A stretch of DNA of 64,000 bases from Mobula hypostoma (taxonomy: Eukaryota): assembly GCF_963921235.1 (NCBI RefSeq), contig NC_086108.1, positions 44,394,001-44,458,000 on the forward strand, given 5' to 3'. The notes beneath the pieces were generated by a model. It saw only the letters and a list, made by a program, of their open reading frames with translations. It was not told where the DNA came from and searched no databases. The position numbers and the translations under genes were made by a program. How positions within the stretch are numbered: position 1 is the first letter of the stretch; every line of letters starts with the position of its first letter. Below are positions 1 through 13,170 of this stretch, one piece after another.

Positions 1-117
1 AGTTTCTAGCAGGCTTAATTGTGGCGTGTCATGTGTGGAAAAACACATGGATAGTTCTGATAAAATTGGCGTGGCAAACAGTAAGCAACCAGAGCAAAGT
101 GAATCATGCAATAGGCT

Positions 118-278
118 GGGGGAACTCAGCAGGCCAGGCAGCATCTGTGGAAAAGAGTAAGCAGTCGATGTTTTGGGCCAAGACCCTTCATCAGGGAAAG
201 CAGTTGAGGAGTAGATTATTTAAAAGGTGGGGGGGGGGAGGGGGAGAGAAAAAGCAGCATCCACAGATTTTCTCTAGT
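118..278 (-). mobile_element. Penelope-like element (PLE) terminal-repeat fragment with degenerate hammerhead-like motif
   Basis: Same motif as the 8 kb and 49.5 kb copies (ggaactcagcaggccaggcagcatc...gacccttcatcagg); reverse complement reads cctgatgaagggtcttggcccaaaacatcgac. Confidence 0.7.
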
Positions 279-1934
279 TTGTGAGAGGAAAGTGAATGTT
301 CACAATTTCACAATTTGGGAGACGGTGGCTGTTCCACCTTTATTTTCTGACATCATTGCTCTTCAGTTTAGATTCATGGCTGACATCTCTTTAACAGTTT
401 GTTATAGGCAAGACTCCAAGTTTTGTGTTTGGATTTTATTTTGTGCTTGCTTGCTTGTTGAATGTCATGTGACCAATACAGCAAAGGAAAATTTTGGACA
501 GAAAAACTATATGCTAGTTTTGAGTTTAACCTGCAGTTGACCAGGGTGGAGCTGCTTGTCAGTTATCTTGTGCATTTCATGTTGAATTTTCACCACTTGA
601 GTTCTGGCCATCTATGAACTAGCCATTTTTTATTGGAATTGCATTCAAATTAATTTAAGTCCACATTATTTATCTGTTTTCTTCACCATAAAGTGAGAAA
701 TATAAACCATTTCTTGTCTTTAATATGTGGTGCCCAGATATGTCCCAGTTAACTGTGATATTTTTTCAAGGCATTAATTTCTAATCTGATTGAAGGTATT
801 TCTGAGTTTTTTTTAAAACAGCATGTTTGTTACATGAACACTCAGTCTACCTAATTCCAACAATGTATAATTCTGATATGTTGATATGAGAGGGTTAGAT
901 GTGAAATGGAGCATTCTCTTAGTAGCTACATCATTACGAACCATTGGATTAAATGACCAAAGAAACTTTAGCTATTGACTGTTTTCAATGAAAGCAAGTA
1001 CATTATTTTGGGTGGTGTGTGATTATTCCACTGCCCCAAATTGATTGCTCTTTTTAATGTATTTTCCAAGAGTAATATAATGTGAATGTAGGGGAAATCT
1101 TGACTTAAATCTATTGTAGAACTTGCCATATTGAAACAAAGCAAAAAAATTATGTTTTAAATCATAACTTAAAGCTTATTTGTGGCAATGCTTTTTAAGT
1201 AATGAAGTAATATTAAAATTATAGTGAGTTGTAATGTTGAAAATGTTGCTGAAAGTAGGCTTTAATGAGTGGTAATATGAGAATGATCAGGAAATTTTGA
1301 AATATCTTGGTGGAGTGATAAGTATTAATCAGGATGCCATTAAGAACCTTTCTATTCTTTGAAAACTGCAGTTTGATTTCTATTCATATGAGAAGTTCCA
1401 AGAAATCTTGACTGGCAGATTTGACAATGTTCTGCAATGTCAGTTTAATTTGACTTTCTGGTGTGAGTCTAGAAAAAAACAATTGCTCAAAGGTGCTTTA
1501 GCTTATCCATGACTGGTATTTTGGTGGTTCAGTGTCATTGTGCTTGGGGGGGGGCGGATGATGCACTGGTAGATTGGTAATGTAGAATACTGCAAGACCG
1601 ATTCACTGGTTCATTGGCAAGACTGGTGGGGGAGCTGTGTTGCCTTGGGTGTTACACGGAACAGGCCCACTTGTTGCAGCTGTTGTAGCCGCCTGGGAGA
1701 AAAGACACCAGAGGTGACATGAGAGAGAGCAGAAGCTTCTGGGGGCACTGGAATTCATTCTGGTTTGGGGGGGCTAACCCCTCCCATTGTTGCTGCACTC
1801 CAGTGTTCATTCGATGGAAGACAAACTGGAATGTGTGCATCTGTAGCCACACTAACACATGATGTGAAAGGTGGCTCCAGGATGACATCTCGCACACCAC
1901 CAATCTACAGGTCATGCCACTTAGGGACTTAGGC

Positions 1935-2100
1935 TATATTATTCTTTTGTGATTGTATGTTTTCCTGCTGTTGTAATTACATGCTCTGTGTGTGTGTGAC
2001 TGTTGGTACTGTGTTTTGGACCTTGGCCCCAGAGGAATTATGTTTCGTTTGGTTATATTCATGTGTATGGTTGAATGACAATTAAATGTGAACTTGAGGA
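1935..2100 (+). mobile_element. Probable Rex1/Babar LINE 3' UTR fragment
   Basis: Resembles the 3' UTR of the Rex1-like copy at about 58100-58235 (gtactgtgtt...tgtttcgtttgg...aaatgtgaacttga). Confidence 0.4.
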
Positions 2101-5100
2101 TTTTTATGCCCTGGAATATATGATGCATTGGTTAGCTGAGAAGATGTAATATTTATTTGGGGGAGAAAGAAAGCCAATTGTGTTAATGCTGAACCACACT
2201 GAGCTGGTGATATGATTCTGGCAGCTCTTTGCAGCTCCCTTTGTTTCACTGAGGAGCATTTCAATTTGGGTTGGTAGTTTCAGTGCATGCAACAAGTTAT
2301 CACACATCTGAGATAAAGTCGTACATTTTGATTTGCTCTCACTGTTATCCAACTATAAATATGCTGTTGGATGGGGGGGGGGTGGCGGTTGGGGAAGGTA
2401 ATGATGAACGGGTAACTCTACTCTGATATGAGAAATTTTTTAAAATTTCTTTTAGCGTTGAAGTCTGCTCTTTTCAGTCTCTCTATGCAGCCATCTATGG
2501 CTTTGCAGACTTTGTGATTTGAACTAGTCAAGTGAGTGTTTCCATGAGTTTATCTGTATTCTGGATGTTGCTGGTGGTAGGTAACTGCTTGAGGAGGGCA
2601 TCTGAGCTACGAAAGTTGAATGCTGTTTCACCACTGCAAGCGGGTATTTTGTGGTTGGGTCTAGTTTCGTGAGGTGAAAGAGCATGACCAAAAATGAGAT
2701 CTCCCTGGTTAAATGAGACATGTTATGATCAAGGGCATTTGCAGCAAGCTGGTTACAATTGGGAACAGGTTTGATCTTATTTTCTTATAGGGGGAAGCGT
2801 CATCAGTGCATACAGCACACAATTGGGCCCTTCAGCCCAACTCGTCCGTAAAACCAAGGTGCCTCGTTGGTCACATTTGCCTGCATCTTGGATCTTATTC
2901 CAGTTGATTTGTGATTCATCCAGTTGAGATGGCTGATGTAGTCTTGATTGAACAGACAGTTCGTCATTTTTGATCCTGTATTTGTAATTTTTTTTTGTCC
3001 TTGTTAAGCAAAAAAACTATCCTGGTCTTGGGTCTGAAATTATAAATCAGGAGCATCTTCTACTTGTGGGGAAACTACTGGGTTCCACAGTTGTCCATAA
3101 TTGTTTATAGTTATAGGGAGTATCTGTGCCTTTAATCATTTCTCTGCATCTACTTTTTAAGTTCTGTTTAAAATTTTGGTTAATCTGGTTGTAGTCCTTC
3201 CAAGATTAGTGACCATTTATACATGGAGTTATCTAATGGCACTCCTGATGTAGTTCATAAGGGTTTGTGAAGCTGCTTCTGCTTTCATTCTGCTCTTCTG
3301 GTTCTAAAGTCAAGGATTCCGTTGTTTTTTTTTCATTTACTGCCTGTGCTTGATCAAAATATTGTATCTGTGAATATGCTGTCCTTAATCTCACTGTTTT
3401 TAGCAAGTTAAATCTTTTTCTTTGCTTTGTGTTGAATGACCTCTTGCTGATTTGTTCAAATATCATCTATCATCTTTTGTCCTCTTCCTTAATTAATCCT
3501 CATAGTGTATTCCCTTCTACGCTAGTATACCACTGCACTTGTCTTCTTGGCAAAATTGGGTATGTTATTTGTGTCACTAATATTGATAGTTAATGATAGA
3601 GAACTTTATGGAATGCCTCTAGTCACTTCCTTTTAGTTTAGTCTCAAGTTATTATCCTTGCTCTTCTGCCGCCTTGTCAATCATCCAGCCAGCACAAGCC
3701 ATTTACCATGGCTGCTGCAATTTCAAATGTACGTAAGCTACTTGTGTAGTACCTTGTTAGCCCTGCAGACTTTGCGAATGGGTTATGGAGAGCTGTGGTT
3801 ACTCGGCCTAAACCCATCATACCAAGCTGACTTCATAGTGAAGAAAGCATAGAAATGCACTCAAAAGTGGTTTTAAAAGAGAGTTTAAAAACTACTGATC
3901 AAATTGTGCATTTATTTTTCATGAGAAACGGACATTGCAGGGGTTAACCAAACTCCCTCTTTGTTTTCTTTGATCCAGCTGCTTTTCAATATCAAGGTTG
4001 GCAGAGCTAAGTGAGCACAGTTGGAAGTCGTGATGCTATCTAATATAAACAGAATAATTTGCTACTCTCTTTAAACCCAACCGCTCACTTCTTCCTGCCC
4101 TCTTTACGGTAATAAATTTGCCTACCTTCTCAAAGCAGAACTGTGTCCAGTCATAATTTTTGGTGTTGGGTTCTGCTGCTAGAACTGGGGGCGCTGATTA
4201 CAATGATACAACTTCAGGGGAAGCAGTCTCAAATGCTTGTGTAAAATAGATTTCTGAAACATTAACTCAGATACTCTCATGATTTTAAAATGAAGTTATG
4301 ATAGCAATGTTCTCATCACTAATTTCCACACGTCTGTACTGAGAGTATGCTGACTCAGGTTTTTTTTTTAGCCCTTTCAAATTTTTTTTTGAATTCAATT
4401 CTTGGTAGCACATGATTCAGGGAAGGTGAAACAATGTGAGAATTGTATCTGACTTTTAGATACTGTAATTAAAAAGGAAACAGGTGAATAAATCATGGCC
4501 CTTAACATAATTTGTGTGTTTTGAAATTGCAGATGTATGGGAAGCAGATTTTCTAACTTCAAGATAAGTACTATACATTATATTAGATCAATATGTTAAT
4601 TACCAATTAATCAACAAAGAACTTTCAGAGAGCATTGTGAACAGCACAGACTAAGAATGTGAGACATAAAGCACAGAAAGAGTTCTTTTAGTTTTGTGGC
4701 AATATCAGATATGAATAGTATTTTTGGATTAACTTTTGTATCTAATTATCTTCTAGAATGTTGCTAACAACGTAGAAGAAAGTAGTTGACTGGTTGGCCT
4801 TTACAGAAGGCCAAGGAGGGCTTGTGCTCAAAATTTCAAGATCAATATCTTGGAATATACTGTACTGCAAATATAAGCGATGTGTAGATCTTGTATTGAA
4901 AGCCTTAAAGAATGACAATTACTCTTTTTACTGAAAACAGAAGTTTTTAGTTTGCTTGTTGATAGTTTCGTCATTGAGAATATAATCTTGACATTTCCCC
5001 CCAGAAGTGCATGATTTTTCTCAGAAATAGCAGATAGAATTTGCTTGCTATTTTCCTGATGTGTAATTGCTCGACTGTTCAGCAGTGCAAATACGAGGAA

Positions 5101-7409
5101 GTTATTTCAAATTTCTTTTGTGCTGCAGTAGTAATGGTTCATTTCAGCAGCCTGCATGTTATTTGCCTACTAGTGTTTAATCTTTTTGTGCAAGTGTGAG
5201 GTTAAGAGCTTTGCTGACAATTATGAATGTGATAATAGATCTGATGTTGTAAGCATGTGCGCAACATATTCTTGACAAACAATCACGCTTGTAGAGCCAA
5301 ATGTTTTCTGCTTTATTATTTAATATCATATCTGCTTTGTATCTGTGACTTGTAAATGGTTTTCTTTTTATGCTTTAGAGGATACTGTAGTCCTTAATTC
5401 ATTAATGATTCATTGAACTCAATGCTCTAACTGCAAAATAGTTTGCACTAAGAAGGTTGTGAGCTTTTTACAGCTGTGCAGAGATAATGTGTTTAGGGTG
5501 GGTGATTTGGGCAATGGTAGCTGCGATTTATTTTAAATTTTCAATGGAATAGTTGATTTTTATGAAGGCACAGGAGAGACTGGGGTCCTGCTGCTAGGAA
5601 ATTGAATTTCCATGATCACATGCTATCTAGTTCAGATAAAGGGTCTTGACCCATTTCTCTTGGATGCTGCCTGATTGGCTGCGTTTGTCAGTTTTTTTTC
5701 CCAGATTTTAGTGTGCGCAGCGTCTTGACTCCACAGCCAATCTGTGCGAGGATGTGGCTACAAAACAGTACAGCTGAAATTCAACTGTTTTGGAATAACA
5801 GCCATAAATTTACCATCTCAAAAATGGAGATTCACCCTTTCTAATTGTTCAGAAAAAAAATGTGTGGGGAGGCAAGCATAGCCAGTACAGTTCTTTATAG
5901 TTTGCCTAGTCCAACTGATAAAAGGCCAATAGAATTGTTCTGGTGGGAAGCATATTTCTATTTTAATGATCCTGAATTTTCAACATTGTTCTGAGGTAAT
6001 TAATTACAAAACAAAAGGTATTGGCAATTTCTCCTGATTAAGGGTTCAAATCAAGCCGACAGCTCTTAAAATGTGTAACATGAAGACACAAATGGTGTTG
6101 TCTTTGGATGTGGGTAATTTTATTTATGTGCAGAGAAAGTCTGAGAGGATGAAGTAAAGGTGTCTGTGGAATAGAAGAGATAGAAATGGTTAAAACAGGT
6201 GGAAATCTAGGAAGGGCTGAACAGAGTATGGAATATAATTTGCGTAAGAATTGAAAACAAAATATTTTGAAAATGTGAAACACTGGCATCTACTGCCGAT
6301 AGCATTAGGCAGTTGAAGTGGAGAAATGCTATTTGAGAACCGCGAAAGGAATAAACTTTTGAACATTTATAGATTTGGTGGGATTTATTTATAGGCTTTA
6401 ATCATAGTTTTAGATGAGTATCTGAGCTTGATGTCAGATGGGCCATAGGTCAGAACTTCTGTACAAGGAGGATGGCCTTGTGGCACAGTTAATTACCAGT
6501 TAGAAGTGTGAAATATTCTAAAAATTAGTGAATTACATGAAAAGAGGAACAAATGGTTTGGGCTTGATCTGCTTCAATGCACCACCGAATCAAAACCTAT
6601 TATGAAGAAGTTGCTTTTGATTATCAGGAAATTGTTAAATGACTATAATCATTTTATATAGAAGCAGGAAACCAGATCTCTAAAACCTAGAGTTTAAAAA
6701 AAATGTTTATCTTATTTGGGCTGCACAACCTTTGAAACATTAATGCTTAAACTGAGATATGAAAAGGCAGGTGTCTGATCGGTGCTGGGCTCAGGGAAAG
6801 CTTTGAGGTTTATCAACTTTAACTTGCAGTTGAGACTGCAACACCTGGAGAATTCTTGTGCGATGGTTACATTACTTGAGTGTATTTGTTTTAGTCAGAG
6901 CATCATTTAATTTTTGTTGCTGTACTTTTGCTTTTCATTGCACCCACCCACCGTTCAGCCCCTAAAGAAGGACGTGGGTATGCAATGACTGCAGATCCCT
7001 TGATGAACTGTTGTTTTGCAGCTGCTGTGCTGGGCAGCAACCGTGTCTGTTTCTTATTATAGAGATTTTGGTTCCAAATCAACTGTTGAGTTTAATCTTA
7101 TGCAGTGCCAGAAATTTGGTATAATGTAGGTGACTTGTTCTTGCTATTTAATGCAACAATTCAGCTTTTCAAAGCCTACCTCCTATGGCTTGCTGTTACA
7201 ACTTTTAAGTTAATTTTGTGAGGGCATCTTTTGTCCTGTGCTGTGTACTTTAATGTAAAGGCATTATAAAATTGAAAATAGATAATTTTCAATGGGTGGA
7301 TTAAAATTATCTATACTGTATGCCCATATTGTTGTGATCATGATTAACACTTATTCTGGGATAAAACTTGATTATCTTGATGTGAGAGAGCACTACAGAT
7401 CTAAAGTGA

Positions 7410-7572
7410 CACAAAGGTGAGAATATCTGGAAATCTAAAGCAACACACACCGAATGCAGGAGGAACTCAGCAGGCTAGGCAGCATCTATGGAAAAGAGTA
7501 AACCTGATGAAGGATCTACTCAAAACGTCCACTGTTTACTCTTTTCCATAGATGCTGCCTGACCTGCCAAGT
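7410..7572. mobile_element. Short PLE-derived fold-back insertion
   Basis: Inverted arms ggcagcatctatggaaaagagtaaac / gtttactcttttccatagatgctgcc around ctgatgaagg...aaaacgtc; 10-bp direct repeat tctaaagtga at 7400-7409 and 7573-7582. Confidence 0.75.
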
Positions 7573-7888
7573 TCTAAAGTGAATCATTGTTTTTTGGAAA
7601 CGATCACAAGTGCTTCAGAGTGTGTAAAGATGAGATATGTATCCAGCTTGATGGAATATATAGAACTGGGAATCTGAAATAAATTAGAAAACAGCGGGAA
7701 GCTTACACATGTTTCTCTGCACACTGACTGATAACCTTTACCCTGTTGGTTTCTTCAAATTCATTTTTGAGCTCTAGTTGGTCAGAAGTGCTCAAGTTAG
7801 CACAAGTTTGAGAAATCAATCTGCAAGCTGTCAATCTTCAAATTGTGGTATTTAAGAGTAAATGAAAGGGAGTGACAGTTTCACTCTG

Positions 7889-8790
7889 AACACAAGATTT
7901 TGTAGATGCTGAAAATCTTGAACAACATACAAGTGCAAGAGGAACTCAGCCATTCAAGCAGCATCTTGGGAAGGAGGTGGGGGAGGGTGGGATATAAGCA
8001 GTCAATGTTTCATACTAAACACAAAATACTCTGCAGATGCTGGGGTCAAAGCAACACTCACAACACGCTGGAGGAACCCAGCAGGTCAGGCAGCATCCGT
8101 GGAAACGATCAGTCAATGTTTTGGGCCTGAACCCTTCGTCAGGACTGAAGAGGGAAGGAGCAGAGGCCCTATAAAGAAGGTGGGGGGAGGGTGGGAAGGA
8201 GAAGGCTGGTAGGTTCCAGGTGAAAAACCTCATATACCGTCTAGGTAGTCTCCAGCCCCTTGGTATGAACATAGAATTCTCCAACTTCCGGTAATTCCCT
8301 CCCCCTCCCTTCCCCTATCCCTATGTCACTCTGCCCCCACCCCCAGCTGCCTATCACCTCCCTCATGGTTCCACCTCCTTCTACTACCCATTGTGTTTTC
8401 CCCTATTCTTTCTTCACTTTCCTGCCTATCACCTTCCTGCCTCCCCTCTCCCACCCCTTTATCTTTCCCCTTACTGGTTTTTCACCTGGAACCTACCAGC
8501 CTTCTCCTTCCCACCCTCCCCCCACCTTCTTTATAGGGCCTCTGCCCCTTCCCTCTACAGTCCTGACAAAGGGTTCCGGCCCGAAACGTCGACCGATCTT
8601 TTCCACGGATGCTGCCCGACCTGCTGAGTTCCTCCAGCATGTTATGAATGTTGGAATGTTTCATACTGTGATCCTTCATCAGGACTGGAGGCCAGTCCTC
8701 ATGAATGATCTCAGTCTGAAACACCAACTGTGTATTCCCCTCCGTGGATGCCCCCCGACCTGCTGAATTTCTCTAGCATATTGTATGTAC
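7889..8790. mobile_element. Older PLE-derived palindromic element, interrupted by a younger PLE insertion
   Basis: Left half (7889-8016) and right half (8655-8790) join into one fold-back element when 8017-8654 and one TSD copy are removed. Confidence 0.65.
8017..8654 (+). mobile_element. 5'-truncated Penelope-like element with inverted terminal repeat
   Basis: About 180-bp inverted arms (8048-8229 vs 8476-8653). The centre encodes a PLE ORF C-terminus, LIYRLGSLQPLGMNIEFSNFR*. 13-bp TSD aatgtttcatact at 8004-8016 and 8655-8667. Confidence 0.85.
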
Positions 8791-9084
8791 GTCACTCTGC
8801 CTGTTATCCAGAGACAGCGTGCTGGGCTTTGCACACTGACGTGGTAGGAAAGGGGCTTGTGTCTTTGCAATCTATAGTTGTAGCACTTGGTCACAATATT
8901 GAGATTGTATAATAATTCTGTGACTGTAATGTGTAATTGCAGGTCATGGCAAGTTGTATTTCTTTTGTGGCTAGGGACAGGTTTGGAGAATTGAGTATCA
9001 AAGGAATTGTAGAGATTGATTAAACCTTGTGGAATTAGGTGGACCTGAATCAAAATATTTGGTGTGCTTGGGTCTAATAGCATT

Positions 9085-10404
9085 TAACTGCTCTTAAGAA
9101 CCGGTCATTTGATTGGTTATCACTGCTTTGCAGAACGTGATGGAGCAAGATTCCTCCTTGCAAAATTGTTCAAACTGTGCAGGGTTAGTTGGAGCGGCAG
9201 TGGACAGCAATCTTGAGGTCTTGCCAGAGATGTTTGATTGGGTTAAGATTAGGAATCTGACTGAGCTATTCAAGGATATCAAGTTTCTTCATTTGAATCC
9301 ACTCCATGGTTGCTCTGGCAGTGTGCTTTGGGTTGTTGTCCTGCTAAAAGACAAATTTCCTTACTAGTTTAAGCTTTCAAACAGAGGCCGGCAGATTTTT
9401 ATCCAGAATCTTGTATTTAGCAGCATTCATGTTCTGATCAATCCTGACCGGATTTCCAGTCCCTGTTGCTGAAAGGCAACCTTATGTCATGATGCTACCT
9501 TCACCATTCTTTACAGTAGGGATGGTGTTATCTGGCTGACACACTGTACAGTGTATTAGATTTATTCCACATGTGTTGAGGCAATAAATTTCCACGTTAG
9601 TCTCATCTGGCCACAAGAACTTCTTGCACATCATTACAGTATCTTCTAAATTACATTTTGCAAAATCTTTATGAGCAAGGATATGCTTTTTTATTTTAGC
9701 CAGGGCATCTTTCTTGCCAGTGTTCCATAAATGCCCTTTTTGTGCAAGGCCCTGGAGATTGTGAGCCATGAACTTCATCTCCAGTTGCAGACACTGACTT
9801 CTGCCACTCACTCAGTGACTGTTGGGGTCTTACAAATGCCATTTTTTGTTGACTATGTTTAGAGGGGTGGCAGTGTGGCTGTAGTTTTTTCAGCTTTTTT
9901 CAAGATGAACTGCACTGAGCTCTGAGATCTGTTCCGTACCTTAGAAATGGTCTTGTATCCTTCCCCAGATTTAGGCTTCTTGAATATCATTTCCCTGACT
10001 CGTCTTGAATGCTCTATTATCTTCATTTTGGTTTGGTCTGTTGAAAATCTACCATACTATTGGACCTTGTTCTCATGGGTTATCTATTCTCATGAATTAA
10101 TTGAAAACAGGTGATCCTCCAATTTTCTACATTAATAAATTGGGTGAATTAGTAAGGTAATACTTGTATATTACATCTGAGGAAAGTCAATGTAGTAATT
10201 ACAAAGGGGGTGAATACTTCCGTTTCACAATTTTGGTTTTTTCATTTTTAGTTACTGGTTTTGGAATTTTTTTGATTTGATAAGATGCACAATGTTTTGT
10301 AGATTAGCTTAAAAACACCTTACTTCAATACATTTTGAATTTAGAAAATGAGACAGTAAAATGTGAAAATAGTTTTGGGGGCTGATTACATTTTCAAGGC
10401 ACTG
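9085..10404 (-). mobile_element. Degenerate Tc1-family DNA transposon, one end lost
   Basis: Terminus TA-CAGTGCCTTGAAAATGTAATCAGCCCC on minus strand (10406 leftwards); inner repeat near 10206. Transposase remnants MKIIEHSRRVREMIFKKPKSGEGYKTISK (ATG 10026), LWPDET, NTIPTVKNGEGSIM, FCKEE; many stops and frameshifts. Confidence 0.85.
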
Positions 10405-12049
10405 TACATTCCTTACTGAAGCGTAAGAAATGAGTAAGATTTCAGTTATTTACTGTTCCTTCCCCGCTCTTGATCCCAATTTGTGAGCACAACACTTAAA
10501 TATTTTGGGTTCTAGAAAGCAGCAGATTGGATTCATCTTTACCTTTTTGAGTTGAACTATCCACAGCATGTTAATTTGGAAACTGCCTTAATGCCAATCA
10601 GAATATTTATTGCTTTCTATTATAAGTTAACTTTCTCTCCAACTGCTTACTCAAAAATTAATTAACCCTTATTTTTTTTCTTAAACTATTCTAGTAGTTA
10701 ATGCTTCCTTGCTGGGCTGTTCAGCACACATGCTGAGATTGGGTCACACATGCTGAGATTGAGTGTGAATGACTAACATAATACTATACAGGTACTTGTA
10801 TCATACTTGTAGCCCTATATTTTCTGGTCAGGGTCATAGAAGTGGAGTCTGTGTTGATGTGTCCCCTCCCTTCCTTCATTACTCTTCACCAAAACCCAAT
10901 ATATGCAAGCCAGTTATACCACGTAATTACTAAACCCTGCTGTGTTGTCTTCTGGCAATTCAAAGCAAGTACAATGGCAAACAGGGTGAGTAGCTTTAGT
11001 TTTGCAAGCTATCTCTGTCTAATTATAAGGCACGTGAGTGATTCTGAGCAAAATGATAATTTTAAATGAGATCCTATTGAAATAGGTCACAATTGCACAA
11101 ATTTCTGCATTGTATTTGTAAAAACTTGGTAAAGTGTTTGTAAAATGCAGATACGCTGTAAAAGGGATCACTTTTCAGCACCATACGAAGTTTTTACAGA
11201 GCATCTGCTGCTGACATAGAGCTGGCTGTAAGAAAGTGGTTGCTGCTGATTTACCTAGGATGAAGTTGTAGATGTGCTATCTTTCTGGGCCAGCCTCTGT
11301 AGTTTGCAGGGGGTTGATGTTGTTCCTCTTTATTCCGAGTGTTTTTATTTGTGCGAGGGACTCCAGTATTACTGGTTGGTTGCTTGGAGAAGGATATCTT
11401 GGGAGTGAGCAAAGAGTTCATGATAAAGAGGGCTGTTCCAGAGGAGCTGGCTTGTTGCACAAGAAGCTGGAGCTGATGGCTTGCTGCATTGTGGTGTTGA
11501 GCTGATGGCATATAAAGTGTCATGAGCAACACGTTTGGGGAGACTATAACAACGGTACTTTTATTCAAGCTGTAGTGCAAAAGTCTAATGCTTAACCTCA
11601 ATTTTTGGATTGGAAAGTAATATATTATTGGCAGCTGAAAATGATATTTTTGGTAAGCTGTTTTTAGACACATTTTTGAAAGCCCTCACACTCTTGATAA
11701 TGCTTTTTCTTGAATGAATGCATTGTCTTAAATGGTATTATTAACATAACTCAATAGAATGGGTTTTGACAACAATGATTTTGTGGTCAGTATTTTTTTT
11801 CCTTAATGTCTATGAAGATAACATTGAGCAGTTTTACATTTCTGAACAGATAGAATAAATAGTTCTTAAACTGTTGTTTTTGGTGAAATTCCAGCATTAG
11901 TATAGACTTATTCTTGTATACCAAATCCTATATATTAATTTGACCTTGGGTGTTAAAGCATTCCTCAGTACTTCCAAAGCCAGATTGTGAAGGATTCTGA
12001 GAAATGTAGCATTTGAATAGTGTTGAAGACGCACGTTGGTGTTAAAGAT

Positions 12050-12240
12050 GAACTTGTACATACTTGGGACCTTTTCATGTCCTTGGTGTTTTCAAAGTAC
12101 TACATAATGAATTTTCTACCAGTGTAGTCCTTGCAGTGAAATGTGGTGATCCATTTGTGTACATCAAGTTTGTACAAACGGATGAAATTTAACCTGATTG
12201 TGATACTAAGTTAGAGGTAGATGTTGGCTAGGACATTTTT
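12050..12240 (-). mobile_element. Highly degenerate DeuSINE (SacSINE1-like) fragment
   Basis: Weak similarity to the 44.5-44.9 kb copy and to the recalled Deu domain (agtgtagtc...gttggctaggaca). Confidence 0.35.
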
Positions 12241-12339
12241 GGTAAAACCTAAATTAACATGTATTACAGATAATATCCATTAACCATAAACTGAATTTCT
12301 ATTTTTTGATTGTAATTTCATGTCTTTGAAAAGGTGCTC

Positions 12340-13170
12340 CATCAAAAGCATTTTGGAAACTAACAGCTCATAATGTTAGAAGTAACATTTTGGTTGGTTA
12401 ATGGGAAGAAGATGGATACAGGTTTTCATTTCATTGGTTGATAAAAATGTAGTAAGTAGTGTGCCCTACAGATTGGTGCTGGGACCTTGTCTTTATGGGT
12501 GGGGGGTGGTGTTGGGAAAGGATAATTTTCTAAATGTTGATTCTGAGATGCAGATGGATCTAGGTTTCTTGGTGCATTATAGAATGGACAAGGATGTAGA
12601 CAGAAAGTAAATAGGAAATTAATTTTTTTTATGGTCAGAACCAGTTTTATGATCACTGGTGTGTGTTATGAAACTTGTTGGCATAATTGTAAAGAAAAAG
12701 TAGGATGATCATGCTTCATTTAAAAGGGAGATTAAAAGAGTATCTGTACATTGGTCTCCTTGTTTGAGGAAGGATGTTGAAAGCTGTTCAGAGAAGGTTT
12801 AGATTGCTTGCCCTGAAGTTTGGATAAGCTAGGGTTGTATTTGCTGGAAGTTAGAAGAATAAGAGATTGAAACTTGAGATCGAAGGATTTTGAGATGGAG
12901 GTGGAGAGGATATTTTCTTTGTGGGCAGATCTACAATTATGTGTTATCCATTTAAGGTGGTTTTTCATTCCTGAGTTTTCATGAGCTCATGGAATTCTCC
13001 CTCAAACGGCAATGGAGACAGAGTTTTTGTAACAGAGAGACCTATCTTTGATATTAAGTTAAAAGGTTTCAGAGGTAGGTGGGAATGTGGAATTTAGTTT
13101 GCAATCAGATTAGTCATGATCTTATTAAATGGTGGAGAAGGCTTGACAGGGTGTAAGGTCAATTTCTGCT
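12340..13170 (+). mobile_element. Old CR1-like LINE remnant (RT to 3' end)
   Basis: Degenerate SSVPYRLVLGP (SGVPQGSVLGP-like) and CR1-type 3' region; no open frame. Confidence 0.5.

Noticed and set aside
10726..10765. 20-bp tandem duplication cacacatgctgagattg(g/a)gt, and (cta)n near 14495
   Set aside because: Ordinary local slippage products with no further structure.
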